A stretch of 64,000 bases of DNA from Magallana gigas. Lineage: Eukaryota. Under the pieces are notes generated by a model. It worked only from the letters and a program-made list of their open reading frames with translations, had not been told where the DNA came from and did no database searches. Shown in pieces: positions 34,001-48,178 of the stretch. The translations under genes and the position numbers were made by a program. The stretch is taken from contig NC_088855.1 in the NCBI RefSeq assembly GCF_963853765.1, positions 36,338,205 to 36,402,204 of the forward strand, written 5' to 3'. Position 1 is the first letter of the stretch; the number at the start of each line of letters is the position of its first letter.

Positions 34001-35496
34001 GTCTTTATGTCAGAGAATGATTTAACCAACTTATTATGTACCATAGTTTTAAAGTTTTAAGCACATTGGGTTGAAGTATGATTATTTTTTTTTATCATAT
34101 ACTGTAACATGGTTGGTACATGTACATTTACAAGTGCGTGTGTTTATAAATTATTTTAAGCATGGCCATGAAATTGTAAGTGTTTTAAGGTTATGAGTAA
34201 TGTTAAGAGTTTTACGAATTTTATTGTTTTGCAGTTGTTCAATGGTAGCTCATGACAATTTTTACATGAATGTTTAGTAAAACGATTTACAATTCTACTT
34301 AATCAATAATTTGTAAGCTACTTAATTTATATATATTGGAACAATCATGTTTTCCAAATAAGTAGATCTTAGTTTATGAAAAATTATAAGTGCATTATAT
34401 ATCGGTGAACGCGAATCTGGTTCTGATTCATTATGAGACTACATTCAGAGCGGACAAAAGTTTTAGTTATCATATTTTATCACAAGGTCTAAGACGTAGG
34501 AAATATTTTACGTGAAATGTAAATAACTATTTTATTTATAATCTGTGAGCGTTTAAAAATCGGGATTCAATTCTATATTCAGTAACAAGCTTATCTGTTT
34601 ATTTTTTTAATTGAATCATTTTTACATAAATATAAATGTGGAAAAAGAGAGTATAATACTCGATTCCGGATTTGACGCACAATTGTCAAGACTTATATAC
34701 TATATATGTATCTTGTAGTTGAAAAGAAGACTTATGTTGGGCTTTTCTTTTATAAAACAATATTTCCCAAAACTCCCTTTTAACGATGTTTAGAGGGTTT
34801 ATATTAATTGAAGTATTTTGGCGTTCGCCAACTATAACGTACAATTAACGTGAAATTAGCTTTCAAAAGTGTTCTGACTAATAAAGAATAAACCCACGTT
34901 CATATTTTAACTTATTTTTTCAAAAATTTTGTTATTTAAAACGATTCGTTCGAACTCCGAGCGTATGGAAGACAAAACCATATATTTAGGTTTGTTTTTC
35001 CTAATTCCTTTTTTCTTCTTTCCTGTCGCATACGCTTTGCATGTTCTGTAAAACTCAACAAAAATTATTTTTTATTCACACCAACTGTTCCAAATCTGTA
35101 GAAAAAAAGACACCGATTTGTGGGTGTATTTTGGTGTTAGCTTTATTTATAACTTTTAAAAAAAAAGAATTGTCTTGTATTATAAACATTTGACACAGTC
35201 AATAAATCTCCATTCTTGTATTACTTGGGTCGAATAAACCCTCTACATAAATGTACGTTTTTGTATTTTGTAGATCAAATTTAATAAATGTTTACTTTTT
35301 TGAGATAAAAAAAGTAGCGAGGGTATTCTTTGAGTAAATAAAAAACAAAAAAACCCAGAGAAATCAATCTATTCTGAATTTATTGAAAGTGACTGAAATT
35401 AAAATAAAATTGTATAAACACTTTAAGATTCAAATTTTATTTTCTCTCAATCTGATTAAAATTAGACTCGTAAAACCGTTCCTATACAGTACACTA

Positions 35497-36462
35497 GGCT
35501 ATAAGCGTATCGTAAAGGAGCGCTATAAGAGTATTGTAAAGGAGCGCTATAAGTGTATCGTAAAGGAGCTCTATAAGTGTATCGTAAAGGAGTGCTATAA
35601 GTGTATCGTAAAGAAGCACTATAAATATATCGTAAAGGAGCGCTATAAGCGTATCGTAAAGGAGTGCTATAAGCGTATCGTAAAGGAGTGCTATAAACGT
35701 ACCGTAAAGGAGTGATATAAGCGTACCGTAAAGAAGCGCTATAAGCGTATCGTAAAGGAGCATTATAAGTGTATCGTAAAGGAGCGCTATAAGTGTATCG
35801 TAAAGAAGCACTATTAGTGTATCATAAAGGAGCGCTCTAAGTGTATCGTGAAGGAGTGCTATAAGCGTATCGTAAAGGAGCGCTATTAGCGTATCGTAAA
35901 GGAGCGCTATGAGCGTATCGTAAAGGAGTGCTATAAGAGTATCGTAAAGGAGTGCTATAAGTGTATCGTAAAGGAAAGCTATAAGCGTATCGTAAAGGAG
36001 CGCTATAAGCCTATCGTAAAGGAGTGCTATGAGCGTATCGTAAAGGAGTGCTGTAAGAGTATCGTAAAGGAGCGCTATAAGTGTATCGTAAAGAAGCACT
36101 ATAAATGTATCGTAAATGAGCTCTATAAGCGTATCATAAAGGAGTGCTATAAGCGTTTCGTAAAGGAGCACTATAAATATATCGTAAAGGAGCGCTATTA
36201 GCGTATCGTAAAGGAGCGCTATAAGCGTATAGTAAAGGAGCATTGTAAGTGTATCGTAAAGGAGCGCTATAAGTGTATCGTAAAGATGCACTATTAATGT
36301 ATCGTAAAGGAGCGGTACAAGTGTATCGTAAAGGAGTGCTAAAAGCAAATCGTAAAGGAGCGCTATAAGCGTATCGTAAAGGAGCATTATAAGTGTATCG
36401 TAAAGGAGCGCTATAAGTGTATCGTAAAGGAGTGCTATAAGCGTATTGTAATTAAAGGAGCG
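35497..36462. repeat. 24-bp minisatellite, ~40 tandem copies (consensus gtatcgtaaaggagcgctataagc)
   Basis: Directly visible periodicity. It creates the artefactual 328-aa 'LIALLYDT'n ORF on the minus strand. Confidence 0.95.
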
Positions 36463-37278
36463 CTCATTTGTTCTTTCCACACCATTTTAACATATGGTAC
36501 ATGAGAACAATGATGCAATATTACAATGTACAATGTTCATGTGCATGATGCAATGCTACAATGTACATGTACATATTAATTGCCAGTCAGTTTTTTCAGT
36601 TATGTGCCAATTATAAACTGTTAGATTCATAAACTCTGCTTACCAACTCAGGAAAAAATAATACTAGTATTCAAAAGTGAATGTGTTAAAATATTGTATA
36701 TCAGAAATGTAACTTATCAATGTTAAGAGTTAATGTTATATAAATTTGAATCATTCATGCATTAACGATTCAAGTTGCAGTTGTATATATGAAGTGACTT
36801 AAAGGTCCAAGGGGCCGGGTGCAAATTACGATTTTTCTAGACATATACTATGTATTACATATCGTATAGGCACAACGTAACTATAATAAACAATTAGTTA
36901 CATACTTACTGTGTCAAAAAGGCAGTTTATAAAATTAGTGAAGCAACTGCACAATTTACTAACACCCAACTTATAGCTTCTCCTCATTTATACAAAAGTT
37001 TGACCTGCTTTCTAACTGTTTGGTTTTTATTTTAATAAAACTTGATATTGATAAGTTTAGTCGAAACTTCTGGCCCACAAACCATAATGATATTGGACAA
37101 CTGTTAATACCTACTCATTCCAAATCTAGACTTTCTGAAATAAAATAAAATCCGTTATTAACAAAGTAAAAAAAAGGACATGTATATGGATAACCTGTTA
37201 GACGGAGAAAAATCAAAGAAATAAAATGTCATGTAATTCACCCTATGGACCCTAAACTGTTGAAATTTATCACTGTGT

Positions 37279-37301
37279 CCCCCCCCCCCCCCCCCCCCCC
37301 C
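37279..37301. repeat. Poly-C homopolymer (~23 nt)
   Basis: Direct observation. Confidence 0.95.
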
Positions 37302-37708
37302 ATTGTCTTCACAAAATGTTTAAGAATTGTGCATTTTAGGTAAATATATTAAGAATTATTTTGTCATCAGAAAACTCCATGTATAAACTGAAGGTTCTTT
37401 TTCCGTTTACAATTATATTAATGTTAATATCAATTCTCATGTGTATGGCTGTGAGCTGTATAGCTGTTGACCAATAAACAATACAATACAATAATGCAAT
37501 TTTTTTCCAAAAGAAAGGTAGAAAAAATATATTTGAAAAAGGAAGGACGTTTCACTTTGGAAGGATGTAAAGAATGATAATAATTGCAGACTTTGTTACC
37601 TCCCGGAAGAGATATTTACTTTCAATTTTAAAATATTTGTTTGGGTTTATTAAATAATATCTTTCGACAAGAAAAACAAATATGCAAAATGTTTATATGA
37701 ACCGGACT

Positions 37709-37851
<143 letters not shown>

Positions 37852-38400
37852 CTGTGACACTGGTTTAACATTAGTTATTTAGTTTGGTGAGAGTTATTTC
37901 TCTTTTTACAGAGTAATCGTACCCGAAAGTGATATTGACAAAGTCAAGTTGACAAACCAGGAAAGCCATTCAAATGGAAAATTTCGTAAGTAAGCATGGT
38001 AATTTAACACTCTAACAAGAAATCAAACTGAAATTCTTAACTACTTTTTACATAGGCTCAAGTATAAGGGCTTTTTGATAAACGAATGTTGTCTTTAAAA
38101 CACTTGAAAATAATTATATTTTTAATTTCATTGAGTGTATACTCTAAACGTTATTTCAAAATCACACAAGCAAAAAGTGAAATGAAAAGGTATAGATTTT
38201 AGAATGATATAATAAGATAACTCTTCAGAAAAGTTCAAGATACAAAATGCCTGGCTTCTCATGTTATCAGGCATTTTAATTTGGTTCATTTCATTTTCAT
38301 TGTTACCTAGCAATGCGCATTTATAAACAGATAAATGATTCAATGTTGTTTATTTACTGAAAACCTTAAAATCAGCTATCAAAAATTCATGTTCTTCTTT

Positions 38401-38565
38401 ATTGTGTAAATTACACAAGAGGATTGGAAACAAGTTCTCGCAACTTACATGTTCCTCTCCTAATGATAATATATACTATGACAACTGTATATATTATCAT
38501 TAGGAGATTGATATGCAAGTTGCAAGAACTTGTTTCCAATCCTCTTGTGTAATTTACACAATAAA
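38401..38565. repeat. Long imperfect palindrome (arms ~75 bp, 12-bp spacer)
   Basis: 'attgtgtaaattacacaagaggattggaaacaagttctcgcaactt...' mirrored by '...aagttgcaagaacttgtttccaatcctcttgtgtaatttacacaat'. Confidence 0.8.
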
Positions 38566-39556
38566 ATATGTTCAAATCAAATCATGTTCTTCTCTTTTCA
38601 TTTCATGATGGATATCTATTACATCAGGAAATTGATATAAATCAATTCTACGATTTGATGAAGACTTTATTCGATTTTTTTTTTATAGATCTATATATTA
38701 CCAGATTACGATTGAATAATTCTTAAGAAAATTAACACACACAACACATTTACGGGTTAAGGTTTTTCGAAAAGTAAAAAACCAAGCAGTGTAATGATTT
38801 TACACTTATATTTAAAATTGAATAGGATTCAGCAGCAGGCAACAACCTATTCTAACCCTCTCTCTCTAAAAAATGTTGAGTAGGGCTTCCAAAATAAGTA
38901 AAAACAATTCACAAATACCATCAGACTAGAAAGAAAAAAAAAATCGATAGAAATTGAATTGTTCACACTTGGAAAGTTGTTGATAGCAAATACAACTAGC
39001 TGGCATCTAATTGCTACACAACAGGTAGATATACCTATTGATATAATCCCCGCTATTGTTTGGCACAATGGGACTGTACATAGAAAAGAGCGCATGGGTC
39101 AATAATAATTAACGGAGAATGCTTTAAAGGGTATACCGGCAGAAGGTTTGAGAGATTGGTCAACGAGGGTTAATATATAATCAAGTCGGAGCATGACTGG
39201 GGGTTTAAATCCATTTTAACCCTGTAGGATTATTAGTCGATGTAAGTGACCTTGTGTTTAGTTTAGTTTCTTTTGTGATCAAGTGTTCTTCATTAATACA
39301 CTTGTCTTCTTTCAAAAAGAAGCGTCCGGAAATGCCATCATTGGAAGGAAAAATCTATGTATCCTATTTTACATTAACAAGGAAGTGGATATTTTCACAC
39401 TTAATCTCTTCAGCATTTTAACTATGAAATCGTTGTGTCGTGTGTCTATTCAATTATGTTTCAATTCGGATTAAGTCGATTGGGAAATCTAATCAATTCT
39501 AAGTTAAAACTGCAACTTATTAGGTCAGTTAATTAGTTACTTGAAGCTTCTATAGA

Positions 39557-40762
39557 ATGGAATTGGATAAATTCTGGAAAGCCTTTTTGATGATTTGTGC
39601 TTTTACATTTGGATGGTTTTTGTGCAATATTGAAAAGGAGACTAATATTAATGTGTTACACCACGGTCAGACGATATTGAATGCTGGAATCCGAATATTC
39701 AAAGGAGGGACATCTGAAGAAACTAAGCAAAATTTAAATACAAGCATTTCAAAATTAAGATTAAGTACCAGTGTCCCAAATACTGAAAAAGGTGTTGGAA
39801 CTTCATTTAAAGGAAATCGAAACGGGAGTTTTTCAACTGAAAAACCTGTCGCCCAGAAAATCAAAGCAGCGATTAGAAATTCTACCCAAAACTCTCTAAT
39901 AACAAAGGCTATCACAACACCAGCTCCACAAATACTTCGATTGTACGCAAGGAACGCTCAGCAATGGACCAAGGACGATCACACTTGTAAAGCTCTGCCT
40001 AAATTTATGCAGGCTGTTCTTCGAACTTCGGCTGGGTCACTCCCAATCTTCATTCATAACCCAAAGGATGACATTCACGTTAGTAATAGTATTCACAAAC
40101 ATGGTTCCTGGGAAGGGGGTTACATAGAACTAGTCCTAACCTTTCTTAGACAAGATCTAGACTTGCAGTTCTTAGATCTTGGTGCCAATCTCGGTGTATA
40201 TTCAATGGCGGTGGCTAAATTCGGCAGGAAAGTCGTATCAGTTGATGCTTTATCTATAAACATTCAGCGCATGTGTGCAACAGTACAAACAAATCGTTTT
40301 GATAATGTGCAGTTAGTATATAATGCTCTGTCTGATGTCCGTGAAGTTGTGTCCCTTGGAGTAGATAAAGGCAATATTGGAGGGACGTTTGTGGCAAAAG
40401 ACAAAAACCCAAACAAAGTCAGAGGAAGTCGTGTTTCCGGTAGCTATGGCGATGTTCAAACTGCAACTCTAGACGACCTCCTCGAACTTCCGGGTTTTGA
40501 TTTGAAAAAAGTAATTATAAAAATGGACGTGGAAGGATATGAGAACAGGGTGTTTCGAGGAGGACAGAAGTTCTTCAAAAACGTCGACGTTAGAGCTGTG
40601 TTAATGGAATGGATGTGGCTCAAAACGGGTCCGGCGGGCCAGGAAATCATTGATTTCTTAAGTCGGCATGGATTCACACCGACCCGACCGGTACTAGCCC
40701 GGCAGCCATTACCTCTGAACCAGAGACTCTCGTGGCCAAACGATGTCTTATGGAGAAGATGA
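39557..40762 (+). CDS. FkbM-family SAM-dependent methyltransferase, type II membrane topology, single coding exon (paralog 3)
   Basis: 401-aa ORF. Anchor 'FLMICAFTFGWFLC'. Long Ser/Thr/Lys-rich stem. Catalytic domain 'FLDLGANLGVYSMAV...IKMDVEGYENRVFRGG...VLMEWMWLKTGPAGQEI' is about 65% identical to paralog 2. Confidence 0.8.
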   Translation: MELDKFWKAFLMICAFTFGWFLCNIEKETNINVLHHGQTILNAGIRIFKGGTSEETKQNLNTSISKLRLSTSVPNTEKGVGTSFKGNRNGSFSTEKPVAQKIKAAIRNSTQNSLITKAITTPAPQILRLYARNAQQWTKDDHTCKALPKFMQAVLRTSAGSLPIFIHNPKDDIHVSNSIHKHGSWEGGYIELVLTFLRQDLDLQFLDLGANLGVYSMAVAKFGRKVVSVDALSINIQRMCATVQTNRFDNVQLVYNALSDVREVVSLGVDKGNIGGTFVAKDKNPNKVRGSRVSGSYGDVQTATLDDLLELPGFDLKKVIIKMDVEGYENRVFRGGQKFFKNVDVRAVLMEWMWLKTGPAGQEIIDFLSRHGFTPTRPVLARQPLPLNQRLSWPNDVLWRR

Positions 40763-41282
40763 CACCAGACGACGAACAGTTTAAACGCTGTGCAATGTTG
40801 GTTAGGGAGAGGTCATGTTTCAGCAATTACTTAAATTATGGATAGTACCAGTTTTGAATAATAAATATTTTTTTGAAAATCTCACTTATATTTAGATGTT
40901 TACGTCGTGGTGGTTTATAACAATTATCGATTATTGTCCTTATCACAAGTGTCATTGTAAGTGGTACTTGCATTCGAAAGAAAAAAAAAGGGGGTGGGGT
41001 ATTGCTGTTACGATTCAAAGGTACATGTATGCATTTTTGGGGGGTAAAAAATGAATATTGTACAAGTTTTTCGACATACACTCACATAAACCCGTTTTCA
41101 TAATTTTCATATTGTTTAAAATTTCAAATATTTGTTAAAGTTTCTTTTATATTTTTGTAAAACGCTATCAATTTATACTGCATAGATGTATCACGCAAAG
41201 TCTTTTTTATTGCAATATAGTTGTGTGTTTTTTGTTATTAAGTCCGTTTATTATTTAAACAAAAAAATTCTTTCGCTGGTGA

Positions 41283-41700
41283 TTTATGCGGGATATGAAG
41301 ATGGCGACATAGCAGAAAAAATAAACTTTTTCTGCAATGATAGCTACCTTCATAACCCGCATGAATCATCAAAGAAAGCATTTTATTGTTTATATTTGCA
41401 TTTTTCTTTTAACAAATTAATAAATCGATCGTAAAAAGGTCAGAAAAATTTACCAAATTGTTGTTAATTTACATCAGTACGTTAGCCAAAAGAAACGGCC
41501 AAATCGTCTCATATGGGAATTTTAGACTGACATTATCATGATCATTTCGTGCAGTCTGATTTTTCTTAGGTCGCTGTAGGTTTCGACCAATCAATAAACG
41601 GGGCGTGTATACATATTTCAGCCTGGCTGATTTTATATTTCTATAAAGTTATGAATTAAGTTCCATAAGAAATAGAGGGAATTAAACTCGATGGATGTAA
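41283..41700. repeat. Dispersed composite repeat family, copy 2 (intergenic, between FkbM paralog 3 and actin A)
   Basis: 'gcgggatatgaagatggcgacatagcagaaaaaat...' plus the 'gccaaaagaaacggccaaatcg...gaccaatcaataaacggggcgtgta' block. Confidence 0.6.
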
Positions 41701-42426
41701 ATATTTTATAAAGAATCACAATCTCAAGAAAATGTACCATTATCAAAAATAAATTATAGGAGCTTTAAAAAATGTCCATTTTTAATTCCTGTACATTCTG
41801 GTCAATTAATTAAAAATTATATATTACCATTAGTAGATAAAGTCTTGCTTTATTTGTCAAGTAAATATTTAGCATTAGAACTCCTACCCTTTCCAAACAT
41901 TCAGTATTTATCTTTATTTTTACGATCGAACACGTCAATAAGATGTAGTGAAACTCGCCACAGATTCACATTCCGGATTGATTTTTAACGTATTTTATTG
42001 AATATTTCAATAGGGATTGGATAACAGGCACAACCTACAAATATCCGCTCCTTTGTCCTTCAATAATTTTAAATCTAAAGTTTAAAATTATTACATGCAA
42101 AATTATGTAATGTAATGACTTTTAACTTTAGATTGAAAGTAAATTACACTTTGTATAAGCAGGCCAAGGTATGCTCAGTGAGATAATTATCGAAATCCTG
42201 ATGACACTTTCGGGTAAAAACCAACGGGAAACAAAACCCGAACACAGGACTGTTATCTGTTTGAGATTTTCGATCGATATTAGAGCCATTTATTATTTCT
42301 ATGAGTTAAAAAAAAATTTAAGATGGCGATAACATATTACTGCTGTGTATGTATATAACGACATGCTTATCCTAGTATTGTGTCAAGTCTTAAAATTGAT
42401 CTAGAACGACGACTTCTACATGTACG

Positions 42427-42848
42427 CAGGCACGTAGCATCAGGGGGGGCCAGGGGGGGGCCTGGCCCCCCCACTTTTTCTCGGAGTAACAATTTTTTTT
42501 TAAATTTACATATAAAAAAATGAATTATAATGAGTTGGCCCCCCCACTTTTTTGGAAGTAATTAAGAAATTGATATGAAAATAAGGAAACGAGGAGTCAA
42601 ATTGAAGTTACTTGTACCCCCCCCCCCCCCACGGATTAGGAATTTCATGATTTGGAGGGAAAAAATTACGGTAGGGAATAATTTTTATATTTTGGAAGTA
42701 AAGTTTAGTCTACCCCCCCCCCCCCCCCCCCCACGGATTAGGATTTTGAAGATTTTTGGAAACTTTAAATTTCCTGGTTTTTTTTGCTTGTCAAGATTTT
42801 TTGGATGGGTCTGGCCCCCCCACTTTCAAAAACGATGCTACGTGCCTG
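42427..42848. mobile_element. MITE with perfect 15-bp terminal inverted repeats caggcacgtagcatc / gatgctacgtgcctg and internal poly-G/poly-C blocks
   Basis: Termini at 42427-42441 and 42834-42848 are exact inverted complements. Internal repeated 'cccccccccccacggattagga' units. Confidence 0.7.
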
Positions 42849-43736
42849 GTACGTACATCTTAATACCATTTTTGGAATTTATCTTGGGTGTAATTGGTTA
42901 AACTTGATACCAAAAAAATATATAAATAATAAAAAACATTTAAAATGGCCGTAGACGACGTTGCAGCATGATTATTGGCGCTGTTTTCGAGTAAAATACG
43001 CATAGATTGCGTCATCTTAGCCTAAATGTTAAAATGGCTCTATCATTCAAGCTGTTGTGTCGTCATTACAATAAATGCACTGATATTTATGAGAATGAGA
43101 GATATGAGACCAACCTACACTTTCTCCCTGTGATTTTTAAAATTCAAACATATAAATACTTGTAGTAAAAAGTTTTCTAGCTTACTTTCAAAATTCAATT
43201 AACTGCATCGATGTATCAATGAAAATATTTACCTATTTGTGGCGACAGAGAAAAAATGATTGTAATTTCTCAAATTTGGGAAATTATGTTTATTTAATTA
43301 AGAATTTTAAAAATTCAATTATTAAATGTTAAGACAATCCAACGCGGAAGTACTGAATCCCAAAAAATCAAGATATAATGGTTTTGTCAAAAATTTGACC
43401 AATTTGATCATTATCAATGTTGGTCATGTTGTTAAGAAATTTAATTTTCAAGCATAAAAATCCCACAAAACCCCACCAGCCATACAAAAATGGCATCAGG
43501 AACCTCACAAACGAATCGTGAAGCGACCCAACAATATCTAATAAGCTTGATATTGTCATCAGTGCTATCAAAGACCCCCTAAAGTAACCAAGGCAATATG
43601 AAACGTACATGCTTGAATCAAAACGATTTTTATAGCTAAAATTATCTGTAAACAATAAAGAGCTTCATACACATTAACACCGACAATGACACGTTAAAAG
43701 GCGATGGCGAAAGTGTAAAGACGAAGTAGCAATAGT

Positions 43737-43834
43737 GTCTTTTACTAATTAACAATTTTTAATTGTCAATAAGTCCATGACTATAATTAGTCATGGACTC
43801 ATTGACAATTAAAAATTGTTAATTAGTAAAAGAC
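43737..43834. repeat. Perfect 98-bp palindrome
   Basis: 'gtcttttactaattaacaatttttaattgtcaataagtccatgactataattagtcatggacttattgacaattaaaaattgttaattagtaaaagac' reads the same on both strands. Partially inverted flanks at 43714-43735 and 43835-43863. Confidence 0.85.
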
Positions 43835-44397
43835 AATAGCAGTACAAATCCTTCGTCTTAGCAACTTCAGACTTTGCACTTTCTCCTTTGAACCTTCGCC
43901 TTCGCATCTTCATTCTAAAGGCGAAAATGCGAAGGTCGAAGTGGCCCCAACGGAACACCATACATTTCACCTGGTAACATTATGCTCACTGACAATAACC
44001 GGAAAAGGCATGTAATTGTGTTCATAATTACGTTCGAGACAAGTCTGTTTAATGACATGACTGGTTTGGTAAAGCTTTATCCTGTGTTGGTCAACGGTTA
44101 ACACTTGGTGAGTTATTTTTAAATATGACTCTGGTATATCATATATTACTATAGCTTGTCTGATCGTCTTACTCTGGACTTCCTTTAAAGTTAATACGTG
44201 TATAGAGGACTACCCGGGTTAATTTCTGCCTAATGTGTAGTTGAACACGTCCTCAAATGTTCGACGGCATATACATACAAGAAGCTAAAGGAATGTTGAG
44301 CACTACAATTAAACTAAATATGAACCTGTTTGAACTTGGATTTGTAATTAGTGATTACAAAGAAGAGAAAAAAAACGCCTGTTAGAATGATTTCATA

Positions 44398-44523
44398 ATG
44401 GAGGATGACGATTTTGCCGCGTTAGTAATTGACAATGGATCCGGGATTTGTAAGGCTGGATTCGCCGGAGACGATGCTCCCAGGGCTGTGTTTTCCTCCA
44501 TTATTGGTCGACCCAGGCATACG
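44398..44523 (+). CDS. Actin A exon 1 ([42 protein letters not shown])
   Basis: Canonical actin N-terminus with substitutions (V6F, M16I, P32S). Donor ACG|GTATGT. Confidence 0.85.
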
Positions 44524-45048
44524 GTATGTTGAGTTCTTACTTTTAAACATTGCAAACGATCCAAACGCATGATTTCATGTACAGAAAGATGCAGAGTCAA
44601 ATAATGAAGCTTCTTAAACCCAGTCACTGAAAATACGAAAGTACGTTTTGCTGTTTCTGACTCTGCTTTTTTTCTCTCCTGAAATGAAGACTTTATAAGT
44701 AAAACGGAAATAATATACATGTATAACGTTGAATAAAATAGAATATGATATATAGTTACGTCCCAAACAATGAACTAATTTGAATGCTTCATGTAATACA
44801 CGCGTAAGGACGGTGTCGTTTTCTTTGCTGACCTGAAAGTATTTGTTTTGATTCCTTTGACATCACTCTTAAAAAAATTAACCTTTTTATAATATTAAAC
44901 TGGTAAACTCAGAAAAAATTATCATAGTAAAAGTCCTATTTTTGGGGGACATATTTTAACTGGAAATTTTATGCATATCAATTTACACCTTCTGTTTAAA
45001 CTTTTAATTAAATTAAACCTCAAGTAAGAGTATTAAAACAATCTTTGA

Positions 45049-46086
<1,038 letters not shown>

Positions 46087-47735
46087 TACTCTTTTAAAAC
46101 ATTTAGGATCAGTCGTGGTGTTAATTGATCTTTGACACTTGTAGGATTTGGGATATATAAGCAATAAGACTGACCAAGATGGTTTGAAACACATTTGAGA
46201 GATATTGCCTCATCAATTAGACAAAAAATTTACGCAATATACAATGTATAAAAATTAACAATGGTAACTGTTCAGATAATAAACAACACCTAAAATAAAC
46301 TTGTTGTCTTAATAAATTAAAATGCATCATTCCTTTGTTTTGAGTTGTACTTACAATGTTAGCAATTTCATTATATGTAGGGGGTCAATATCTAAAAAGA
46401 ATATTTTTTAATGAATGTAAAATTGCATGTACATGTAATATCAACTATTTCCATTGAGAGTTATCCCTCAATATTTACATTTACTAAGTATAATTCACTA
46501 TATTTCTTATGGAAATTGATTGTAATTCACAGCTGTATAGAAACTGACAAGACTTAAATCTTCGCGTTTTTCAAAAATAAAAGAATGTAAGTGATAACGT
46601 TTGTTAGTCTAGACTTGCTAAGGTTCTGCAGACAGCCGACATAAATCAAGAGAAAGCAGAGAAGTATTGGGCATTTTAACCTATGATTTAATTGGTCAGG
46701 GTTCAAATACATTTTTTTCTCAAAATTAATTCTAATAAACGAATAAACATACATAAGTTCGTCCATAAACCCTAGCAAGGATCGTGAAATTTGTTTTACA
46801 ACTTTTTTTGTTTTATGTTGTTGTCGTTGTTACTCTTCGTTTTCGCAACGGTTATTGAAATTTTAAATAATTTTGATTTAGAACATTTTTTTTAGAATGA
46901 GCCTTGCTGGGAAAGGGGATGGGGGAATATACTTCTTATTGATCTTTGACACTTGAAGGAGAATATCCCTTATTCGATTATAGAAATATATGCATATATT
47001 TTGATGAGGGGGAACATCATTATTATTCTCAATGTTGTTCATTTGGCTGTCCTGAGAGAGAAGGGGCGTGGTTCTCGACCTTATTCGCCGACTAAAATAT
47101 TGGATCTGTTGTAAATTTATATAATATAATTAATAAACCAAGTTTCTTTTTGGCAGGAAAGTGTTTTTGATAGCTTTTTTCATCTACTTAAATCTGCTGC
47201 GGAGTACCCGTGTTCATCGTTAGTTGTTTTTTCTATACCTCTTCCAGTACATTGATATATACCTTTACACATTCCGCGTTCAATAAGCAATGTTTACATT
47301 AGAATCAGGTCAGTATGAGGTCATGAACACGCTGTAAATGCAGATATATATATACTGGATAGCCTTTTGAATATCATAAGTATTATTATAAAAAATAATT
47401 CGTTTGTACTGTTATCTTGAAACAGATTTACAACCGGACATTTAAACATTTTAAAGCAGAGAAACGAATTGAATCAAAGTTACTGTTTTTTAACATAGTC
47501 GTATACAAATCGTTAAATAAAAAATCAATAAGTATAGCATATAAACCCTTTCCCCTGATAACAGCCTGTAGCGTAGCAAACACAAAATAAATAACGATAC
47601 CTTGATTAATCTTTGTTAGAAAATAGTAAGAAATACCAAATAAATAAATAAATGAATGGATAAATAAATACCCCCCCCCAAAAAAAAAATAACCCCAGAA
47701 AAAAACAAAATCAAAAAACAAAACAAACCCTCTCC

Positions 47736-47740
<5 letters not shown>

Positions 47741-47773
<33 letters not shown>
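47741..47773. repeat. (TA)n microsatellite
   Basis: Direct observation. Confidence 0.95.
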
Positions 47774-47777
<4 letters not shown>

Positions 47778-48178
47778 AATCTACAGTGAGTGAGTGAACT
47801 ACGGCGGCCCTTTCGACACATCTCTAAAACTACTTATGAATTTATACCTGAGTGTGATCCTCGCAGTTTTACCAATTTATAATCGTCAATGCAGATACGT
47901 GCTTTAACTTAACATTGTGAAAGTTTGATATTTATATAATTTGTGTCATTTGAAAACTTATATTCTGTTTATTGAGTTTATTGAAAGAAACCTCCAATCA
48001 GCGTGGACGAGGCCATGGGTTATTTACATTTCCAAGGAAAACTTTCGTCTAATGAAGCCTCGATAGACCCGTGCAGCATGTGAACTTTCTACATGTACTT
48101 CAACTTAGTTCTGGTGGTTGCCGATATACCTAAACCTGACTGTAACCACGTGTTCACCTGAGGGTTCTTAAACACCAC

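Noticed and set aside
35494-36480. 328-aa minus-strand ORF (LIALLYDT repeats)
   Set aside because: It is entirely a translation of the 24-bp minisatellite, with no start context or splice signals.
42575-42901. 108-aa proline-rich ORF
   Set aside because: It lies inside the poly-C-containing MITE 42427-42848.
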